From an uncultured Bryobacteraceae bacterium (lineage in GTDB: Bacteria > Acidobacteriota > Terriglobia > Bryobacterales > Bryobacteraceae), in assembly GCA_938003835.1 (NCBI GenBank), contig CALKXJ010000001.1, positions 159,513-223,512 of the forward strand: a stretch of 64,000 nucleotides of DNA. The letters are read 5' to 3'. Within the stretch, counting starts at the first letter, position 1. Each line of letters begins with the position of its first letter. The notes under the pieces were generated by a model. The model did not search any database. It saw only the letters and a program-made list of their open reading frames with translations, and had not been told where the DNA came from. The translations under genes were made by a program, and so were the position numbers. Below, piece after piece: positions 58,884 through 64,000 of this stretch.

Positions 58884-59496
58884 GAGGCCGTTTGCTACTT
58901 CCGTTGCGCTCCTACTGAGTATAGCCGCCGCCCCGGGAGCCGATGAGCGCGAGCCGTTTCAGGCCCGGCCGGCATCCTCCTACCCCTGCCGACAGACGAT
59001 CGCCGGCCTGACCGTCGCCGCCGAGGTCTTCGACACCCGCGAGGAGATGCGGAGCGCCTTCGGCAAGCTCGACCTCAGCCGCTACGGAGTCCTGCCCATT
59101 CTGGTCGTCATGAAAAACGACTCGGACAAGGTGCTGCGGCTGGAGACCGCCCGGTTCGAATACATGCGGCCGGACCGTAAGCGCCTGGCCGCCGTGCCTG
59201 CTTCTGAAGTCCGGTATCTCTTCGGTCCGAAGAGGCCGCAGACCGTTCCCCTGCCGCGCTACCCGATCCCCCGCGTGGGAGGTCGGGAGAAGAACCCGCT
59301 CGAGGCCTGGGAGATCGAGGGCCGCGCCTTCGCCGCGCGGATGCTACCCGCCGGGGAAGCGGCGAGCGGTTTCATCTACTTTCAGACCGCCAACCACCGG
59401 GGCGCCGTCCTCTACGTCAGCGGGATTGAAGAGGCGGCCACCGGCCAGCAGCTTTTCTATTTCGAGATCCCGCTCGACGGACCGGCCGCCCCGTAG
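58882..59496 (+). CDS. Secreted hypothetical protein
   Basis: ATG at 58882 gives MRPFATSVALLLSIAAAPGA. The track start at 58834 lies inside the waaA-lpxK gene. Confidence 0.6.
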   Translation: MRPFATSVALLLSIAAAPGADEREPFQARPASSYPCRQTIAGLTVAAEVFDTREEMRSAFGKLDLSRYGVLPILVVMKNDSDKVLRLETARFEYMRPDRKRLAAVPASEVRYLFGPKRPQTVPLPRYPIPRVGGREKNPLEAWEIEGRAFAARMLPAGEAASGFIYFQTANHRGAVLYVSGIEEAATGQQLFYFEIPLDGPAAP

Positions 59497-59515
59497 CCGC
59501 GCGAGCCTCGAGCGA

Positions 59516-60880
59516 TCACTCGGTTTCCGCCGCGCCTTCGAGGATGAAGGTCGGCGCCAGTCCCGAGAGAGTCGAAAAGCCCGAGCCTGCCTCGCTCAGC
59601 CAGCTCGAGCAGTCGTGGACCTTGCCCAGGTAAATGTGCGGCTGGACGTCGACGATCATGTTCTTCATCTCGAGCGAGCCGAACTGGTAGAGCGGAAACG
59701 GGATCGGCTTTGTCTCGACGCGCTCCTGCACCACGTAGGGGTAACGCAGCGCCGTGCGCAAGGCGCGCTCCCAGTCGCTCTCTTTCGTTTCGGCGCCGAC
59801 CCAGACGCGTTGCTCGGAGCTCACGTCGTTCGGCCGCAGCACCAGCATCTCGCGATTCTTCAGGATGAACTCCGGTAGGTCGATCACCTGGTCGCGGTAC
59901 GTGGTTCGAATGGGGGCCACCACCCGCGTCCAGGGAATGTGCTGCTCGATGGCCTTCTTCTCCGCGGCGGGGAAGTTCGTGGTGATGGTTTCGTCAGTGA
60001 GCAGGTCGAAAATCGCCTTCTTGTGCGCCAGCTCGGCCCGGAAGCTGTTGACCACGCAGACAGCTCCGTCTTTGTATGCCCGCACGAGCGGGTGCAGCAG
60101 ATCGAAGCGGACGAGGAACTCCTGCACGGTGAGGCGCCGGTAGACGAGGTCGATTTCGAAGTTGCCCGCCCGCAACACCCCGCCGCGGTAGTCGAGCTGG
60201 TCCGGCGAGACGACTTCCGTGGGATAACCGGCCCGGCGGAAGCTTTCAGCCAGCAGCAGATGCTCCCGGGACTGGGTGACCTGGAACGGCTGCCGGAACT
60301 CGAGGATGGCAATCTGCGGACGGCGCTTCTTACCGAACGACTTGTAGGCCTCGAGCAGCGCCTTGAGCAGATGTCGCGTGCCGCCGATCTTCGTCAACTG
60401 ATACTTCTTGCGGAACTCCTTGAGGATGGCGCAGTTATAGAACAGGTCGGCCAGCAGCTCGCTCGAGGCGACGCCGGTGGGCGCCCCCACGTTGAACTGC
60501 ATGAAGTGCATGGCGCCGTTGGCGATCTGGGTGTCGAGCAACGAGGTGACCGCCGCAAAGGGGTATCGCGGATCGACCGAGGCCAGCATCTTCTCGGCCG
60601 GCAGCAGCTCCATGCGCGAGAGCAGTTGAGGCGAAGAAAGAGCGATCTTCTTCACCCGTTCGATCGCCGACAGCAGAGCCTCGGCCGCCTTTACCAGGCT
60701 GTTGTACTGCCGCCGGGTGATGAAGTGCGGCCGGAGCACGGGCAGCACGCCCCAGGAGCCGCCGGCCAGCTTCAAGCTGCGGATCTGCTCTTCAAGTGCC
60801 TGAGCCCATTCGAGATCTTTGAACTTGTCGCTCTCCAGCAGCTTGTGAAAGCGCGTGACCGCTTCTTCCGCCTGCGTCAT
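59516..60880 (-). CDS. ATP-grasp-like ligase (glutathionylspermidine-synthase / circularly permuted ATP-grasp-like), function unknown
   Basis: 454 aa. LVLRPNDVSSEQRVWVG...YPYVVQERVE resembles ATP-grasp nucleotide-binding strands. Family assignment is tentative. Confidence 0.4.
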   Translation of the reverse strand: MTQAEEAVTRFHKLLESDKFKDLEWAQALEEQIRSLKLAGGSWGVLPVLRPHFITRRQYNSLVKAAEALLSAIERVKKIALSSPQLLSRMELLPAEKMLASVDPRYPFAAVTSLLDTQIANGAMHFMQFNVGAPTGVASSELLADLFYNCAILKEFRKKYQLTKIGGTRHLLKALLEAYKSFGKKRRPQIAILEFRQPFQVTQSREHLLLAESFRRAGYPTEVVSPDQLDYRGGVLRAGNFEIDLVYRRLTVQEFLVRFDLLHPLVRAYKDGAVCVVNSFRAELAHKKAIFDLLTDETITTNFPAAEKKAIEQHIPWTRVVAPIRTTYRDQVIDLPEFILKNREMLVLRPNDVSSEQRVWVGAETKESDWERALRTALRYPYVVQERVETKPIPFPLYQFGSLEMKNMIVDVQPHIYLGKVHDCSSWLSEAGSGFSTLSGLAPTFILEGAAETE

Positions 60881-61073
60881 GCAACCTGTTAATCTTTCTA
60901 TAAGTTAGTATGACACAGCGATTTCAAGGGTGAAAAGAGGGGGATGTGGAAATTCGTCGCTAATCTATTGATAATAAAAGAGATGTAATCCGAGCTCGGT
61001 CCGCCCGCAAGGTCTCTGATGCTATTTTTATAACATCGGCCCGGCGGTCCACCGCTCGCTCCGAGGAGGAAAC
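60881..61073. promoter_or_regulatory. AT-rich divergent intergenic region
   Basis: Visibly AT-rich relative to its flanks (ttaatctttctataagttagta..., ctattgataataaaagagatgtaat, gctatttttataacat). Contains TTGATA and TATAAC-like hexamers. GAGGAGGA SD lies before the ATG at 61074. Confidence 0.4.
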
Positions 61074-61475
61074 ATGGCCGTATTCGGACTGCTCGAGTAC
61101 CAAGAGGCGCCACCCGAGGTGCGCGCCGTCTACGACGACATCATGAAAACGCGCAACACAGACTGGATCAACAACTTCTGGAAAGCCATCGCCCATGATC
61201 CGGCGCTGTTGCGCCGCACCTGGGAGAGCCTCAAGCAGGTGATGGCCCCCGGCGCGCTCGATCCGCTCACCAAGGAGCTCATCTACCTGGCCGTCTCGGT
61301 CACCAATCAATGCGCCTATTGCATCGCCTCGCACACCGCGGCGGCGCGCAAGGCGGGCATGACCGAGGAGATGTTCGCCGAGCTGATGGCGGTGGTGGGC
61401 ATGGCGAACCAGACCAACCGGCTGGTGAGCGGCTATCAGGTGGAGATTGACGAGGCGTTCCGGACGGCCGGTTGA
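61074..61475 (+). CDS. Carboxymuconolactone decarboxylase / AhpD-like family protein
   Basis: 133 aa with a CxxC motif in VTNQCAYCIASH. Confidence 0.85.
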   Translation: MAVFGLLEYQEAPPEVRAVYDDIMKTRNTDWINNFWKAIAHDPALLRRTWESLKQVMAPGALDPLTKELIYLAVSVTNQCAYCIASHTAAARKAGMTEEMFAELMAVVGMANQTNRLVSGYQVEIDEAFRTAG

Positions 61476-61481
61476 GCCGGC

Positions 61482-62366
61482 TCAGGAGGCGCTTCGCACG
61501 GCTGAGTCCAGCCGCTCGATCTCCGCGTTGAGCGCGCAGCCATAGAGCGCGATCAGGGCCAGCAAGTACATCCACAGAAGCAGTGCGATGACGGCGCCGA
61601 TCGACCCATAAAGCAGGTTGTAGTCGGCGATGTTGCGAACGTAGTAGGAGAAGCCCTGCGTGGCGAGTAGCCAGAGCGCGGTGGCGGCCATCGCTCCCGG
61701 CGCGGTGTTCCGCCACGGCAAGGGGCGGTTGGGCCCGATCTTGTAGAGGAGCATCGTGGTGAGCACCGCCGCCAGGAGCGCCACCGCGTAGCGCACCAGC
61801 TTGCCGGCCAGGGCGATGCCTCCGGCGATCGTGTGGTCCGGGGCAATCATGCCGAGTCGGGCGATCACCCAGATCTCAACGCGACTGCCGAAAAGGACCA
61901 GGAAGGTGGCTCCCAGCGAGGGAACCACCGTGCAGAAGACCAGTCCCATCGCCACCAGGCGCCCCCGCACCAGCGACCGGTCCAGCGGGATTCTGTAGAT
62001 GGAATTGAAGCCCTCGATCAGGCTCAGGATCAGGCCGGAGGCCGCCCAGAGCGAAACAGCCACCGCGACGACGAGCAGCGATTCGGGCTTCTCGCCCGCC
62101 GCCGTCAGCCGGTGCGCCACCAGCGTCTTGGCGCCCGGCGGGACCACCTCGAAAAAGAACTGCGAGATCAACTCCACGGCCTGCTCGGCGCGCACACGCA
62201 CCAGGATCAGGGCAAGAGTGGTGAGCGCCGGAAAGAAAGACAACAAGCCCGAGAAGGCGGCTCCCTTGGCGATGCTGAGCCCGTTCTCCTCATACAGCGT
62301 CACCAGGGCCCGGCGAAACAGCCATGTCGTGCGCCTGAGCCGGGCGATCGAGAAATCGGGCCTCAT
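61482..62366 (-). CDS. YihY/BrkB-family membrane protein
   Basis: 294 aa, polytopic. LSIAKGAAFSGLLSFFPAL and YGSIGAVIALLLWMYL signatures. Confidence 0.85.
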   Translation of the reverse strand: MRPDFSIARLRRTTWLFRRALVTLYEENGLSIAKGAAFSGLLSFFPALTTLALILVRVRAEQAVELISQFFFEVVPPGAKTLVAHRLTAAGEKPESLLVVAVAVSLWAASGLILSLIEGFNSIYRIPLDRSLVRGRLVAMGLVFCTVVPSLGATFLVLFGSRVEIWVIARLGMIAPDHTIAGGIALAGKLVRYAVALLAAVLTTMLLYKIGPNRPLPWRNTAPGAMAATALWLLATQGFSYYVRNIADYNLLYGSIGAVIALLLWMYLLALIALYGCALNAEIERLDSAVRSAS

Positions 62367-62414
62367 TGGGCATTCTGCCGGGATGTATCCTGATCCGTTG
62401 ACGGGAGTGACACT

Positions 62415-64000
62415 TTGAACCGCCCCGCCCGGACTCTCATTCTAGCCGCGAAAGCCGGTCCGGTTGCGGACGTGCTGCTGATCGTCGCTGTGAACCTGGC
62501 CGTTTGCTGGCGGCTGCTTATCACCGAGTACCTCGACCAGATGGGCTCGATCGAGGCCGCCTACATCGGCTTGAGCCGCTGGATTCTCACGCGGCCGGGC
62601 GAGTTGGACTGGTTTCCGCTCTGGTTCGGCGGCATTCCGTTTCAGAACACCTACCCGCCCGTGCTGCATTTTCTCGTATCGGCGGCCGCCGCCCTGTTTT
62701 CCGTCTCTCCGGCGCGGGCGCACCACCTGGCCGGCGGCCTCGCCTACATGCTCGGCCCGGTGACCCTTTACTGGATGGCCCGGGCGCTTTCCGGGGATCG
62801 GATCCGGAGCCTCATTGCAGCGCTCGCCTATTCGGTGGTGGCGCCTTCGGCTCTGCTCGTTCCGGCGGTGGCGCAGGACATGGGAACAGCCTTCGGTCCC
62901 CGGCGGCTCCATGTTCTCGTGGTTTACGGCGAGGGGCCGCACGTGCTCTCACTGGCGCTGCTGCCGCTTGGGATCCTGGCTCTTCACTGCGCCCTCGAGC
63001 GCTTTCGGCCTTCCCGTGTCCTTGCGGCGGCAGTTGCCCTGGCGCTGGTGCCCCTCACCAATTGGCTCGGCGCCTTCGCTCTGGCCGTGGCGGCGGCGGC
63101 ATACCTGGCGGCGCAGGCCGGCCGGCTCGGGCTTCCGGGGCTGCTCCGTGCCGCGGCCATCGCAGCTCTGGCCTACTCGCTCGCCGCGCCCTGGATTCCG
63201 CCTTCGACCCTCTCCGCCATTCGGAGGAACGCGCAGTTCACCGTGGGGCACTACCCGATGACCGCCTGGCAGGCGCTGGGGGGCGGGCTGCTGCTCCTGG
63301 TCGCCGCTGCCATCTGGGTGGCGCTTCGCAAACGCGGCGCCCCACCGTTTCTGATCTTTACCGCGCTGTTCGCCATCGTGATGGGGGCGGTCACGCTCGC
63401 CGGTCACTGGTTCGGCAAGCATCTGATGCCGCAGCCGGAGCGCTACCACCTGGAGATGGACATGGGGCTCGTGCTGCTCGCGGTGTTCGCGGCGGGCGCG
63501 GCCTGGCGCCGGCTGCCCGGCCGGACCCGGCGAACGCTGTCGGCAGTGGCGGTCGCCGGGACGCTCGTTCTGGCCGGCTACGGCGTGCATGAGGCGCGGA
63601 AGTGGATCCGTCCGGCGGAGATCGCCGACAAGGTCGAGTATCAGGTAGCCCGGTGGCTCGAAGAGAATCTGCCGGGCAGAAGGGTGTTCGCCACCGGTTC
63701 GATCAAGTTCTGGCTGAACGCCTTTGCCGACAACCCCCAGCTCGGCGGCGGCTTCGACCAGGGCATCACCAACCCGGTGATTCCGAAGGTGACCTTCGGC
63801 ATCCCGTTCACCCAGGGCGACGGAGAGCGGTGCGTGCGGTGGCTGCGCGCCTGCGGGATCGACGCGATCGTGGTGAGCGGTCCGGCCACGGCCGACGCCT
63901 ACCGGGACTACCGCGATGCCGGCAAGTTCGAAGGCGTACTCCGCCCGCTGTGGCGGCGCGGCGATGACGTGATCTACGAAGTTCCGCGGCGCAACCCGGC
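62415..64000 (+). CDS. Large polytopic membrane protein (glycosyltransferase-C-like fold suspected), 3' end outside window
   Basis: Not in the track because it has no stop. The frame opens after TGA 62391-62393, and the first start is TTG at 62415. Reads LNRPARTLILAAKAGPVADVLLIVAVNLAVCW...WFPLWFGGIPFQNTYPP, then many TM segments and a soluble C-terminal region. The listed 62504-63592 ORF is an Arg/Gly-rich off-frame shadow. Confidence 0.7.
   Translation, partial: MNRPARTLILAAKAGPVADVLLIVAVNLAVCWRLLITEYLDQMGSIEAAYIGLSRWILTRPGELDWFPLWFGGIPFQNTYPPVLHFLVSAAAALFSVSPARAHHLAGGLAYMLGPVTLYWMARALSGDRIRSLIAALAYSVVAPSALLVPAVAQDMGTAFGPRRLHVLVVYGEGPHVLSLALLPLGILALHCALERFRPSRVLAAAVALALVPLTNWLGAFALAVAAAAYLAAQAGRLGLPGLLRAAAIAALAYSLAAPWIPPSTLSAIRRNAQFTVGHYPMTAWQALGGGLLLLVAAAIWVALRKRGAPPFLIFTALFAIVMGAVTLAGHWFGKHLMPQPERYHLEMDMGLVLLAVFAAGAAWRRLPGRTRRTLSAVAVAGTLVLAGYGVHEARKWIRPAEIADKVEYQVARWLEENLPGRRVFATGSIKFWLNAFADNPQLGGGFDQGITNPVIPKVTFGIPFTQGDGERCVRWLRACGIDAIVVSGPATADAYRDYRDAGKFEGVLRPLWRRGDDVIYEVPRRNP

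Overview
High-GC (about two-thirds G+C by eye) bacterial chromosomal segment. Genes are densely packed, often joined by ATGA/GTGA start-stop overlaps, and many antisense shadow ORFs are present. The gene content points to Acidobacteriota, but this is inference only: a TIGR03436-type VWA protein, two DUF1080 proteins, a prepilin-like protein, and an ECF sigma/anti-sigma/CpxP-like module. I call about 65 protein genes and one tRNA-Gln(CTG). I saw no rRNA, CRISPR array, transposase or integrase.

Main blocks:
- Secreted hydrolases and a ppiD-like gene (1-5.8 kb).
- A roughly 2-kb ORF-poor gap (5.8-7.8 kb).
- An ArsR-centred divergent redox cluster with SufC/SufBD-like genes, a ferredoxin and a thioredoxin/CcdA-like relay (9.8-14.7 kb).
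- proC, a USP protein, and DUF1080/TPR genes.
- A complete NAD-linked [NiFe] hydrogenase operon hoxEFUYH, headed by a radical SAM/SPASM gene (19.2-25.1 kb).
- Two overlapping thymidylate-kinase-like paralogues, divergent from ppx and a split CHAD domain (26.9-30.8 kb).
- ribBA and an ECF sigma module.
- An ATGA-chained cobB-larC-metG-tatD block.
- A roughly 4.6-kb unit that reads like one giant repeat protein, broken by three in-frame stops and two frame changes, followed by a VWA gene (43.4-48.9 kb).
- A vapBC-type toxin-antitoxin pair.
- GH2, DUF1080 and phytase genes.
- A waaA-lpxK fusion followed by pilin-like, crcB, DUF190 and phytase genes.

The items most worth follow-up are the ArsR/Suf/thiol-relay cluster, the radical SAM gene coupled to hox, the paired Tmk-like kinases next to polyphosphate genes, and several apparently decaying genes. 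All functional calls rest on motif recognition by eye. No database search was run.
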